Of a stretch of DNA of 34,111 nt, positions 21,895 to 34,111 are shown in pieces. Origin of the DNA: Parasitella parasitica NRRL 2501 (lineage: Eukaryota; Fungi; Mucoromycota); the NCBI GenBank assembly GCA_025201805.1, contig MU619368.1, positions 12,346-46,456 of the forward strand, written 5' to 3'. How positions within the stretch are numbered: the stretch's first letter is position 1; each line of letters starts with the position of its first letter. The notes beneath the pieces are model-generated. The model was given only the letters and a program-made list of their open reading frames with translations. It made no database searches and was not told where the DNA came from. The position numbers and the translations under genes were made by a program.

Positions 21895-23698
21895 TTAACT
21901 TCTACCACTTCCCAAACCATATTTTTCGATACTCTTGTTCACATCGCGCAAACCTTGGAGATTACCTTGCGCAACTACAGTAGGCTTTCCACTTCCACCA
22001 CTAGAGACACTAACAGCACCACGGACTACACGACTGGCAACACGTCTCAATTCATTTACATCCACTTTGTCAATGTTTTCTAACATTTCGTCGATGCCAG
22101 TCTTTTTACCGTGTACTTGTATTTGTCGGCCAAGATCTTCCAATTGCACCATGCGACTTTCCAGGTTCATTAAAAGAGAACTCTTTAATTGATTCTTGGC
22201 ACGATTTAGTTCAGTATCAGTCACGGCAAGCTGTCCAACGTCTCCTCTTGCAACGATATCTAATTCACGACAGATGACTTCAAGAAGAGCGTTAGCATAT
22301 TGTGGTTGGCAGGAGCCAGCAATGCCAAAGAGACCAGAGTCAGTGTAACAATGATTGAAGGCTTGACATGATTCAGCCCAATAGTGTTGATTCAAAACAT
22401 GCGTAAAGAGACGAGAGTACATACCCTTACCAGGGCCACCAGCAGAGAATGAGCCGCCACCACCAAGCAAAATTTGAAGAGTGGTAAGAGCATAGATATC
22501 GGGATCATCAATAGAAAGACCTTCAAATGCAACGTAGACATGTGTCAATGGTGTTTCTGGACCAGTTTCCATGAAACTAGTGCCGCCGGTGTAACGCGCA
22601 GGTTGCGTGGCGATTTCAAAGGGTGTAAGTCCATCCTGTTGATATTGTTGCTTTTTGGAGCTGTTGAACAATGACTTGACAAAAGATTTACTGTCGTCGC
22701 TGCCACCATGTTGAGCTTGTTCGCTTTGTTTCTTCAAAGCTTCAATATGTGTCATGACAGAATCCAAACTTTCTGAAGACTTTGGAACATTGCCAAAATA
22801 CTTTACAGCCAAATCAACAACTTCTTCATGCTCAGCTCCACAGGCAGAAATAACCATACGTTCAGGGCGATACCATGTCTTCATGTAGTTGCGGATTAAT
22901 TCAGGCGTCATTGACTCTAGATTTTCAGGTGGGCATAATAAAGGGTTGCCGAGTGTATTTCCTTCATAGGCAACTGTGTGTAATATCTCTGGTAAAATCA
23001 TTTCGGGCTTTGACCAAATTTCCTTGATTTCATATAATGCCGTTTGTCTCTGTTCCTCTACTTCAGCATCGTTGATAGTGGGATGGCAAATAACATCCGA
23101 AAAAAGCGACAGGACTCTGCTCAAGTCTTGAGAGAATATAGCGGATTGATACATGATAGATTCGCGAGATGAAGAGCACATAATATTGCCACCTAATGAC
23201 TCCAATTCGGCAACGACTTGGTCAGCGGAGCGATTAGCTGTGCTCTATTGAAGGAATTAATCATCTAAATGATGCCTTGCCAACGTTCCCTATTTACCTT
23301 AAACGCCAATCTATCTAAAATATGGCTGACACCTCTCGTAGCAGCCGTTTCATAGCGACTGCCAGCATCGACATATACACCTACCGCGCTAAAATGGCCT
23401 GGTGTGTTTTCAGAAGCAACACGGATACCATTAGGCAAGGTCGTAACTTTACATAGACCAGTGGATGCTTTCGAATATTCTTGAACAATGGTTGGAAATC
23501 CTTTTACTGTAGTCTTTATTTCAAAATTTAGCAATGTTACTTTTTTCTTTTTCTTTCTTCTTTTTTCTTTTTTACCTTGCCATTGTAAGGAATAGTAGAC
23601 TCTGAACGCTTGATGATGGATGAATTAGCATTCTTCAATACCAAACTATTAGATTTCAAGATGGCTCTTGAAGCAGAGTTTAAGAGTCGAGAAGTCAT
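21895..23698 (-). CDS. MAS2: Mitochondrial processing peptidase alpha subunit (M16B), ~562 aa, 3 exons
   Basis: Exons 23698-23576, 23513-23298, 23244-21895 (1689 nt). Presequence, TTLPNGIRVAS, DAGSRYE, non-catalytic HILDR, glycine-rich loop GGGGSFSAGGPGKGMYSRL. Confidence 0.95.
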
Positions 23699-24118
23699 AA
23701 TTTAAGGATAAATAGAGGGAAAATAAAATGCAGGGTCATTGCCAGAGACACTTCCATAATGTCCCTCATTATGGGCAGTTTGCATGGTCACATCATGACG
23801 TTCTCCTTGGGATGCTACTGAAAGATGTAGTTGATTGGGCATACAGGATGTATCTCATCCAAAGGGTTTTACCAAAGTTTTGGTACATCTAAATTCATAT
23901 CAGCAAGTAAAAAATGAGCCACAGACTAACTAAGCAGTGTCGTAATGATATTTTCTACATTGCACTGTTCCTCTCCATGGCACTGATTCGATGGGATGTA
24001 TCATATAGACAACATCTATGTGACTTGGATAGTCTCTTGCAAATGTCAAAACATCTTCCATCTTGAATGTCCTTTTTGGAAATCTGCTTTTTTTTTTCTT
24101 ATCTTGACAATTAGAAAA

Positions 24119-25128
24119 ATGGCAAAAGAAGAAAATACCAGCACCAAGGTAGAAGAATCATCGTGGCATGAGGCTCCTACTCAAGGAGAGCCTGTCAAGC
24201 CTCAAAACCGTAAAGTCATTGTTGTACTCGAAAACGCATCTTTGGAAGCAGCTCACTTGAATAAACACGACAGTAAAATGCAATTACTAAACTGCGATGA
24301 ACATCAATCTATTCTAAAGAGGCTTGGAAGAGATATTGCTGATGCACGACCCGATATTGTCCATCAGGTACCTCGTATAATTACTGTAAAGGCTATCATG
24401 ATTAACTTTACTCTTCTTCATACATAGTGTTTGTTAACCTTATTAGATAGTCCTTTAAACAAATCAGGCCATTTGGAAGTATGTCCACTGCATGTATGAA
24501 TGAAGGTGACATGCTTTTATTGATTATTTTACTAGGTTTACATCAATACCGCTAAAGGAACAGTGATTCGAATCAATCCTGAATGTCGTATACCCAGAAC
24601 TATTAAACGCTTTTCTGGATTAATGGGTAAGGAATGCATATCTATCCACAACTATTTAACTGATCGGTATTATATAGTTCAACTGTTGGAAAGAGGGTGC
24701 ATTTCTGGTGATCCTGAAGGACATACAAAATTGTTGGAAATTGTGCCATCGCCCGTTGTTCAATATTTTCCAAAGGATTGTCCAAAAATTGGCAAGTGTC
24801 ATGGCACACTTCTTTGCAAACAAATCATGACTAATGCGATGGAATAGCTCTCTCATGGAATGCACCCCAGGTTCGCTTAAGTCAGTTCTTTAAGGGGATT
24901 CCTTTCAACACACCTATCGTGGTTGCTGTTGGTGCCATGGCAAAAGGACCTGATACTTTTGCTGACGAATATGTTAAAGAAAAGATTGGTAAGCTTGAGA
25001 CATCTGAACAGATTTTTTTTTTAAATAGTAATTACCTCTTATTAGGTATCTCTTCTTATGCTTTATCGGCATCAGTAGCCTGTGCTAAAGTTTGTTGTGC
25101 TTTGGAGGATCTTTGGGATATTATGTAG
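24119..25128 (+). CDS. EMG1: Nep1/Emg1 18S rRNA pseudouridine N1-methyltransferase (SPOUT), ~242 aa, 6 exons
   Basis: Exons 24119-24367, 24428-24478, 24536-24626, 24678-24791, 24848-24988, 25046-25128 (729 nt); intron 4 has a GC donor. LLNCDEH, RPDIVHQCLLTLLDSPLNK, RIPRTIKRFSGLMVQLL, VGAMAKG, LSASVAC. Confidence 0.92.
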
Positions 25129-26204
25129 TTTTTTTTTCTCTTTTTTATATATTGTAAATTCTTTTTTCTATAAGATCATATCTTGTTATTCCATTGCAGT
25201 ACGAGGCTATTTAAAGACAAAAATGCTCTTAAAAAACGGATCGAGAAATTGTGATGGTATTATGGCACCATCTTCATATACATCTGCTCAAATATAAATT
25301 TTGTCCTCCTATCATTGTGTGTATATGATTCTCACGAGTCCAAGGTTTAATTTTAAAGGTGGCTTTGTGGTCGTACACAACCATTTAAGCTTTTGAAGAT
25401 TCGAGGTTTGATTACTACAAGTCCTATAGACATGATAGAGCCTAAGAATACATCAAACGGATGTTATCAAATTTGTAAACACCCCTGATACGATACATCT
25501 ATTTATTTCTAGTAGATAAAAAAGGAACCAAGTCGTGTATATCAGAAAATTATTAGTTTTAACAAAATGTAAAACTTAACTTGCCACTCGTAAGCGAAGG
25601 AACGCAACATAGGTCATATTATATATTGATTTTGGCTGCTTTCGTGAGCACAACAAGAAGTTCAGTTTGAGTTAGAGAGTTGATATATCAAGCATTTGAC
25701 ACGTAAGCTAAATCTGAAAATGGGCATCCTCAAGACTTGTAACAAAGTCAGCATTAGTTAATTGGTGTTTGCATGATAATCAGCTTCAAGGTCTCCATGG
25801 TAACAGAGCATTTTTACGAATGGTATAGTACTACAACAGTCTCTCTTTCACCCTTTAATATGGGAATATTTCCTGCATTGATGATTGCGTTCATGGACAG
25901 AATTTCATGTACATTGTCAATAAGGCATATATAACAAGGAAGCACGACATTCATTGATAGTGACACTATAATATACTTGGTTTGTAGATGCCAAAAGTTC
26001 TCAGCAGCGACCTAAGATCTGATTGTACAGTATTCCATTGGATCTATTTTTATGCTTCGGTATTTCAAGTAGCAAACCTCCACACCCCTTATTCTAGTCA
26101 AAAATCTAAATATAAATCAAACGATTCTCTTTATTCTCTCTTTTCTTATTTTTGCTTGCACACAATCTCAAAGAAAGTTAAATAATAGATATAGTCAATT
26201 GCAG

Positions 26205-27010
26205 ATGATATCCAGTACACAAAGCGAACAGACTGGGCCTTTATTTCTCGATGTAAATGAAGACGAACTAAAGCAGGTATGGTATTGGTAAAGAGCGCCA
26301 GGTATCTTTGTACATAACCTCAGTATGATATCATAGATTATATATGGATTACCCATAGATCATCGCACAAATAGAATAATGTTAATATCAAAAAAGGACA
26401 AGGAAAAGGAAAAGTGGGTTTTGGTAAGATGGCATTACATTTGATTGTATTGGAGGAGCATTGGTTTTAATACATTGTTGAAATTATAGCCCAAATCTGA
26501 AGTAGACAGCCATGAAAACCAGGAAGCAGATGTTATTCGAGAAATCTACGAGCAAGGTAAATACGTACATAGTACACGCGGATAACGTAACTCAGTCTGA
26601 AGCAACAACAAGTGGGCGTGCGAGGACAAATTGTAGGCCTTGTTGGATCTTTTTACGAGTCGGGTAAAAAAGGAAAACCAAAATCTCACATCAAGGTCTA
26701 CGAATTGCGAATCGACGAATTGTTCAAAAAGTGGCCACAGAAAAAGGAGAAAGACAGAAGATGGGTAATAAAGTGAATCAATTTTGAGACGTGAAAGGTT
26801 TAACAAATGTGTTTCTAGTTTTCGTATCAAGAAGTCTCGAAAATTCTGGATAACAAACCTTACTTGATTGAGGCGTTACAGCAAACGTGCTTTGCAAACA
26901 CAACCATCATTGAGAGGCCTCCCAAACCCACCGCTCCCCCGGCCGATGACAAAACGACAAAAACAAAGACATTCAAAAAATGGTTTAATAAATCTGAAAA
27001 AAAGGAATAA
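26205..27010 (+). CDS. DIPP/Ddp1/Aps1-type Nudix protein A with a degenerate Nudix box, ~189 aa, 5 exons (absent from the ORF track)
   Basis: Exons 26205-26276, 26337-26423, 26490-26556, 26613-26764, 26819-27010 (570 nt), GT-AG. Reads RIMLISKK...WVLPKSEVDSHENQEADVIREIYEQVGV...WPQKKEKDRRWFSYQEV. Confidence 0.85.
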
Positions 27011-27086
27011 AGGGAATAAGTCGAAGAAAAAATGAGTTTTATGTGGAATGCTAAAGTAAATGCAAAAGTGTGTATATTAATGGCAG

Positions 27087-27676
27087 TTAATGGGATAAAG
27101 AACAGTTGTTGAGAGCTAAACGGGAGATATGACGGTCAGCAGAAGCAGCGATAGCTTCTTCGATGGTAAACTAGACGGAACAAATGTCAATTGACTTTTG
27201 CACAACACAGCTCAATAGCACATGAACCTACCCAAACACGCTTACGATCCAATCCAGGCCATGTATCCAGAAGCTTTGGATTTGCAACCTCAAACATCCA
27301 ATGGTGCCCGACGATCTTACCTTTTTTGTTGGCTTCGGTGTATGTGCCAACTCGCTGAGTGACACGCTCAGCCTTAACACCGGCCTCATCATGAAGCACA
27401 CGGACAACTGCTTGTTCGGGTGTCTCATTCTCGTCACAGTTGCCGCGAGGAAGACGGTATACGCCATCAGCCTTACGACTAGAAAGCATCAGCACTTTGT
27501 TATTGGTAGTGTCGATTACAAGGCCACCAACAGCCTAATCACTGCAATTGAATATTACACATGTAGCAAATGTGGAGCAATTTATTTACCTGACGGATCT
27601 GCTTTTTGGTCTTGTTTCCGGTGTCTGTGGCGGGATCAATGGTGGCGGGCTGGGTGGTGTTATCAATTGCAGGCAT
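27087..27676 (-). CDS. DIPP/Ddp1/Aps1-type Nudix protein B with a degenerate Nudix box, 157 aa, 3 exons
   Basis: Exons 27676-27590, 27534-27232, 27170-27087 (474 nt); good start context (CACAAAATG). Reads KVLMLSSRK...LPRGNCDENETPEQAVVRVLHDEAGV...WPGLDRKRVWFTIEEA. Confidence 0.88.
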
Positions 27677-30600
27677 TTTGTGGCGGTGGCAATGGTATGA
27701 AAGACGATTGAAATGTAAACAAGAAAAAGAATAGAAAAAATTTGATTCAAACAGACTCTCCTATTTATAACCAAAAAAGAAACCAAACCAACAAAAAAAA
27801 AATTCCAATCCCCCTCGGCTCAACTCTACGATTTTTTCTTATTTATTTGCTTGATGTGTATTAATCGATCTGTCTCTTCCTTCTTTTTCGTTTTATAGTG
27901 TTTTGTACTTTTTTGCTGTTTGAATACATAAACCCACCGAGGAGGTAAGAACAAAACAGGGAGAAGCAAACAAAGGGCATCAGAGGCTGTATTCCTCAGG
28001 AGATGTTGAACAAATGAGAAACTGTCTAGAACAACGCACCTGGTATCGCGTGCTCAATCTCCAAATAGAAAATGCAGGTAATTCTCGTACGCTGTAGAAT
28101 GTTTGCTTCTTACGGCAATACAGTGTGTCCAGCACTATCGGACTCATCTGTCTGATCACCGCACTAAATGCGAGCATTTCATCATACTCCTTTATCATAG
28201 TGTGTAGAAACAATGGACTTCTCCTGCAGATTATACAGAGCCATCCATACATTTCCCAAGCGATTGTTTTGATCGGCGCAACTGTTATTTATATTTATAG
28301 AAAGCGGACAAAGACGTAATGCTGTCATATTGTACCGTACGAAAACTATAGTTTCTTTGTAGGCAGTTTTTACCAGGCTTCTTATATCAGTCTTGGATTC
28401 GGCAAATTTAACGGTATCTGGATATGCAAATTAGTTTTACACTGCTCGCTTTCTCTTCAAATCTCGTCCAAGATAAGGACTTTCCGTCATATTTATGTTA
28501 CACTTGATAAAGGCATGAGTTGCGCAGCTTCGTTCCTGATTTATCTACAATACCATTCCTTATACAGTGTTTCTTTTTCCACTCATGCTATAGGCAGCCA
28601 ACAATATAAAGGTCCATATGCTCTGGCTATCTCAGCTCCATGTTATGCATGTTAAGCTCTAGGATTTCTTTGGGATTGAGACACATGTAACTGTACGTTT
28701 CTGCATCTTGGCAATTTTTCCATAAATATCGATGATGATAGTGTCATTAGCTCTTCAAGCAAGACAATGCATATATAAATATATTGATTGTAATGTTTAA
28801 AAAAAAACTTTTACCATAACTAGAGGACTAAAAAATAACCTGGAAGCTCATTGATTCAATGTAGATTTTGCTGGTAAACCGAGATTCATGTAAAGTGATA
28901 CTATAGGAAAAAAAAAGGGGGAGGGGAGTGGGGCGTTATGAGCGTTCCTGAATAGACGACCCTTAGTTATTTAGGGCTGCAAACTTGATATGATGTGAGG
29001 TTTGTTGATTTGAAAAATTAGACGCTCGATGGTATGATTGCAGTAACCCTAAATCGATTCTGGGGAGGTGATTTTGAATAGACCAAGCAATAAACAAGTG
29101 ACAATTCTCAAGTTATCCAAGTCTTATCTTTACTGGGCAGATAAAATCGTGTAAAGCCAATCAACCAAACATCAAAATTAATTATGATTTGGTATGACTT
29201 ATTTACTTGAACCGACATTGCATTGGTGTGAATATTCCAACTTGTCTATCTGATTATTATTAATAAAACATTCAGTCGATTTTCTTTGTTGTTTAGATTC
29301 AAATATTGTTGATTATAGCCTTTAAAAAGAGTCCATACACCAAGGGCCAAAATGGGGTAACTCATTGTTTTCTCGCTCAAAAATTGAGAATTTTAGACTA
29401 TTCGATAGCTTTATGTTTTCATTGTAAAAATTCATTTTAGAGCAAACTTATTATCGCTTCAAGCTTGAAGAAAATACATCGAATATCCAAGTTTCTGCCA
29501 AGAGATATAAATTTTTCTTTCCAGATATTCGTCTGAAACGAACAATTCTACTAGGAAATTAAACTGCAAACAGCCTTAGATAATCATTCAAGCTAAAGAT
29601 TCTTGATGTAAAAAGAAAAAATTAACAGCTCTAGCAGCTAATTGAAGTTGAGCTTTGGAAGGGGCATTTAGATATTAAAACGTGTTTGTTTTTTTTTGAG
29701 TACTTAAATATGACTCGTGAAATTTGATACTTGCTATAGGACCAGTTACTATAAAATCAGCATACTAACCTTGTTTTTGTGATATGTCTACAACAAAGAA
29801 AGATACGATAGCGAGGAGGCTCTGTTAGCGTAGCAGCCTTAGGATGTATTCTTTCTTTGGACCCGAAATCCGTACCTAAAAATGATCCCGAAGGCTACTC
29901 AAAAGTTGAAAATTGAAAATCAAGTCTAAATTTTAATTGATCTACCATACCAGGCGTTAGCAGCAAAGTTAATCATAAAAGGAAAGTGCTGTGAATTAAT
30001 GAGCTTGGCTTTGGCTCTTTTTATACTATATACGTCTAACTATGTGATATATATAGTTACTAAAAGTGTGAAATGCTCCTAACGTATGTGGCGAGCGTTA
30101 TATGGTTTGACAGGCTGATAGTTCCTATCTTGATAGAACACCGAAATCAAAATTTCAAAGATGTGCCAAAGAAAAAGAAATAGAGTTTAGCTGAAGTCTG
30201 TGTCTCTATCACTCAGCATATTGCAAAGATATTAGACACGTAAGATTATGCTTTAAGCGGGAGGAAGGTGGCATTTGTATTCAGCGAAAGATAAAGCTAA
30301 GTCTATATTTTATAACATCTCAGCTACCGATATGTAATCAGACATGTCAGGGTACCTAGTCGGCTATATTTTACCACAAAATTGCGCATAGGCACACGCT
30401 GGCATAGCATGTACTGTATAAAACAAATATTTCAACTCGTATGAACTGATTTTTTGTTAACAAGTCATCACTAACGGTAATATATCCTAGTTCAAAAGCG
30501 TCGATGGTTAGGGGGATAAGTGACATGCTTGTATTGTTTAAAATTGTAGCGACTATATTTATATGCATACATAGCATATCGAAATGACATAGCATTCAAA

Positions 30601-32571
30601 TTTTCTCAATACAAACTAAGTGTATGAGTATTGCAATCAAATAGTTGAGTACTCCTAAATTACAATAAATTCAAACGAGCATCTGCATGAATTACGCCTA
30701 TTTATTTCATTAATCATATTGCAAGAGTTCAAATATGATTACGCCAACCAACATTGTAGATAATACCTAATATTACTAACCTGATAATTAGAAAAAAAAA
30801 TTTTTTTTTGAAGGCTATGATATGCCGCATTCGTTATTTTTTAACAATGGCATAACTGATACGACATAATATATGTATATACACGTTTTATCATACAGCG
30901 GCAATTAGATGATTGGTGTTAAAATACACATCACTGGCATAAATGAACATGGTTTTGAATTTCCCAATTACTTTCTATATCTTCTACGCATTCCTATGGC
31001 AATGACTAGCATACAAATTTGATTACTTTATATTCGAATAGTTCCATCTCAAAATGCTGTATTTTAGTTTTACTGTTATATTTATGATATCACTTTAGTG
31101 GAAGAGACACATGGATGCTTCATGATGCATTTATTCAGCAAACACATAATTGTACAAGTGGTTCATTGCAAATTTAACCTGCTTAAATTTGCGAATTTAC
31201 AAGTCTTTGATTTTGTTAAAAACCTACCTTTCAGATGTAATTGCAATTTTATCACATGCATTAAAAACACTGTTGTATATATCATATTACTGCAGAAACG
31301 TGTCGATCTTTATTTTAAAGTAGGTCTCCTTACAAATGTGCCTGAGTGATGGGCTTTTTCACATACCTTATATACCATTATAAGAAATGTTGTCAAATGA
31401 TTTTACTGCAACATCCAGCTGTATTTACATGTTGAATACATTTTGAATAGTGTACATTGCTTAATTACTTACATATATATTATGCTGCTTGATTATTCAT
31501 GTATCATATAATTGATTCCTCTTATCCTGAAGAACGTATTGTTAATACTAATTGGTAAGGTTGACATCGCGATTTTCACCAATAAGTACCACTAAGAACG
31601 CAATCGTAAATAATTGATCACGCAAACCCTTTAAACATTTGTCTCCTCTCTTAGACGAAAAGTTGCACAAAGTAAGCATAATGGTAACTCAAAGTTTAGG
31701 TTTGGGACATCCGATTAATTAAATACATACTGCAGCGGCGTACTGGAGGAGTAAATCATGCAGCGTTGAGACTTCTGTACACTATATTACACTATAGTAC
31801 CGCAATACACATGAAAAGTATATCAATATACTCGGTACTGCAACGCCCACATATAACAACGTAGCGTTGGTTGAATAGGTTCCTTTCCGAATAAAGGCAA
31901 GGCAACAAGAGAGAATATATTAGTCATAAATCCGAACGAGACAACAACAAACATAGAGATTTAGTCCTGTAAGATGTAGGTTATACAGTAGTTTATTTTC
32001 TGGTTCACGATAATGTTTACTATATATACATGAATGTATACAGATGCCTGTCAACCTAACCAACAAGGCTGTTTTACGGACCCAGATAGTATGGATACAT
32101 TCCATCAAGGGGCAATGATTTATTTAGCATTGATTATTTAGACAGTGTAAAATCGCCTATAGACAGAATTCATTCAGTTCACACCATATAAGGAATGTTC
32201 TTTGTGTAATGCCGTTAAGGAGAAAACTTAGCATGTTTAAAGCTTCAAGAGTGCCTCCAATAGAAACATACAATCAAATTCTAAAGTAGGACGAACTTTT
32301 TCATTGATAGATTTAGAAACTGCCTTGCACCCTAGCAGAAAATTTTACAAGATATACGTGCACAAAAACAAGAGGAAAATGAGCAAAGGCTTTAATAAAT
32401 AAATTTCGAGCTTAGCATTCTTTTGAAATGCTTATTAAGGCTGAGTGCATGGCTTCCCTGCGAACTCTAGCCATGCAGGCTGCTTTGTGGCGTTGAGCAT
32501 CTACCATTAAAGATATGCTCTAAAGAAGTTGCCAACATTCAAGGAGTTGTTAATTTTATTATCATTAACCA

Positions 32572-32774
32572 CCACGCGGCCACACGCGGCCGAGACAGCG
32601 AGAATTAAGGAGAAAGATGACAAGGTTCACAGACTGTTTGTTATCATATATAATACATTCATGTAGTTCAAGAAACAAGACAATAATTCCTTCTCTCTTT
32701 TTCTCTCTCTTTCCTTCGTTCCCTCTTTCTCTTACCCTCCCTCTCTCCCACCTTCATTTCTAGAACCATCCTAT
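32572..32774 (+). promoter_or_regulatory. Probable core promoter/5'UTR of the kinase gene
   Basis: Doubled GC-rich CACGCGGCC (~32573-32591), TATATAA at ~32647, and a long CT-rich tract ~32688-32760 just before the ATG. Confidence 0.45.
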
Positions 32775-33976
32775 ATGACCGACCCTAACCAATTCTTACA
32801 TTCATTCATTGACAATCAATCCATTGAGCTTGTATCAGTTATTGGATCTGGTTCATACGGAGTTGTGTATTTAGGCCGCTATGTCTACACAAATCGCTAC
32901 TATGCTGTCAAATGTCTTTTGGACAACCATGTTACAAGAAATGAGATAGAGATGCATTCGACATTATCAGGCCATGCCAACATTTTGTCACTCGAAAAAG
33001 TGATCAAAGAAGGGAATCATGTATTCATTGTCATGGAATACGCTACGCATGGCGATTTATTCTCCAGCATCACTCAAACAAAGCTGTCTCAGTCCATCAT
33101 CGGCAAAACAAAAGTTATCCGCCATTTGTTTCTGCAGATACTTGACGCTGTTCAACACTGCCATCACAACATGATTGCGCACCGGGACCTTAAGCCCGAA
33201 AACATCTTGTTGCTATCAAACCATCGAGTCAAGCTGGCTGATTTTGGCTTGACAACAAATCAAGCTATATCTAAAGAATTCAACTGCGGATCATCATTTT
33301 ATTTTTCTCCAGGTAGATTGGATGGATGCGTATCATGTGATATCATTTACTCATATCGTTCAATTTAGAATGTCAAGGTGTTACTGTAGCTGGTCATAAG
33401 GCTATGAAGCAGGTTCAGTATTACGACACATTCGCCAATGACATCTGGAGCCTGGGTATTATTTTAATCAATCTGGTGTCTGGCCGCAACCCGTGGAAAC
33501 AAGCAAATATGCAGGATCCTGCTTTTGCAGCCTACGTTAAACATCCCCGCCGCTTCTTCCAAACCATTCTTCCTGGCATTTCAAAGAGCTTGGACCGTAT
33601 TTTGACTCGCATCTTTTGTCTAGATCCAGCCAAAAGAATTACATTGCCAGAGCTGAGAAATATGATACTCGCATGTCGGTTATTCACTGTAGCGGCTCCT
33701 AACATCAGCCAAGAGGTCAAATCAGCTGCTCCAGTCCAATGTAGCGAGTCCCTTGAAAGCACCATGCTGGCATACATAGGAGATTATACAGACGATGAAG
33801 AGTTCAACACGTTACGCCGTCAGTGCGAATTGACCTCGTCTAGTTCAGATGATAGCTTATCAACATGTGACGAAGACCCTTCAACCCCATGCAATGATAT
33901 TAGTCCTGTATCTAATTTTCACTATCATCAAAAGACACACTATGAGCACAATTACGTAAAAAACTATGGGTACTGA
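32775..33976 (+). CDS. Ran1/Pat1-like (Sks1/Vhs1 family) Ser/Thr protein kinase, 381 aa, 2 exons
   Basis: Exons 32775-33312 and 33369-33976 (1146 nt). GSGSYGVV, AVKCL, HRDLKPEN, ADFGL, CGSSFYFSPEC, NDIWSLGIILINLVSGRNPWKQA. Confidence 0.92.
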
Positions 33977-34041
33977 GAGAATATCCTGCTTACATTAATT
34001 AGATTCCTTTTTAGACACTTTTCATACATTTTACCTTTCAT

Positions 34042-34064
34042 ACACACACACACACACACACACA
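34042..34064. repeat. (AC)11 microsatellite downstream of the kinase stop codon
   Basis: Read directly. Confidence 0.95.
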
Positions 34065-34111
34065 ATCACTATGTTGCCCTTTCACTTGATTCAATAGTTT
34101 TTTTCTTTTTT

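Noticed and set aside
23298-23340. Loss of HxxEH (HILDR) in the M16 peptidase, as another possible pseudoenzyme
   Set aside because: Normal for the non-catalytic MPP alpha subunit.
10327-23698. Co-location of three mitochondrial genes as a functional cluster
   Set aside because: Interspersed with unrelated housekeeping genes on both strands; no shared regulatory motif seen.
27980-28319. ORFs and an intron-like GTAATT...CAG (28078-28123)
   Set aside because: The splice phases I tested from nearby ATGs give short peptides with no recognisable features.

Overview
Eukaryotic, intron-rich, AT-rich fungal DNA. The gene content and the ~47-67 nt introns suggest Mucorales (inference). The supplied ORF track is fragmented by introns, so I spliced gene models by hand; each has canonical splice sites and a CDS length divisible by 3. 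Left to right: a WW/FF-domain TCERG1/Prp40-like gene with an (AEQ)11 repeat; a small orphan with a PP1-docking-like motif; an SNF2/STH1 bromodomain ATPase; the PP2A catalytic subunit; a small putative mitochondrial protein; RPL10A/uL1; an Mgm1/OPA1-like dynamin with all four GTPase motifs destroyed; a 69-aa stand-alone WWE-like protein; a hidden 4-exon RAMP4/Ysy6-like gene; an SDR; MAS2; EMG1; a tail-to-tail pair of DIPP/Ddp1-type Nudix paralogues that each lack a different catalytic glutamate; ~5 kb without a recognisable gene; and a Ran1/Pat1-like kinase. The best candidates for new biology are the intact pseudo-GTPase Mgm1 paralogue, the pseudo-Nudix pair and the WWE microprotein. I recognised no tRNA, rRNA, CRISPR array or intact transposon. 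Family assignments come from motif recognition, not database searches.
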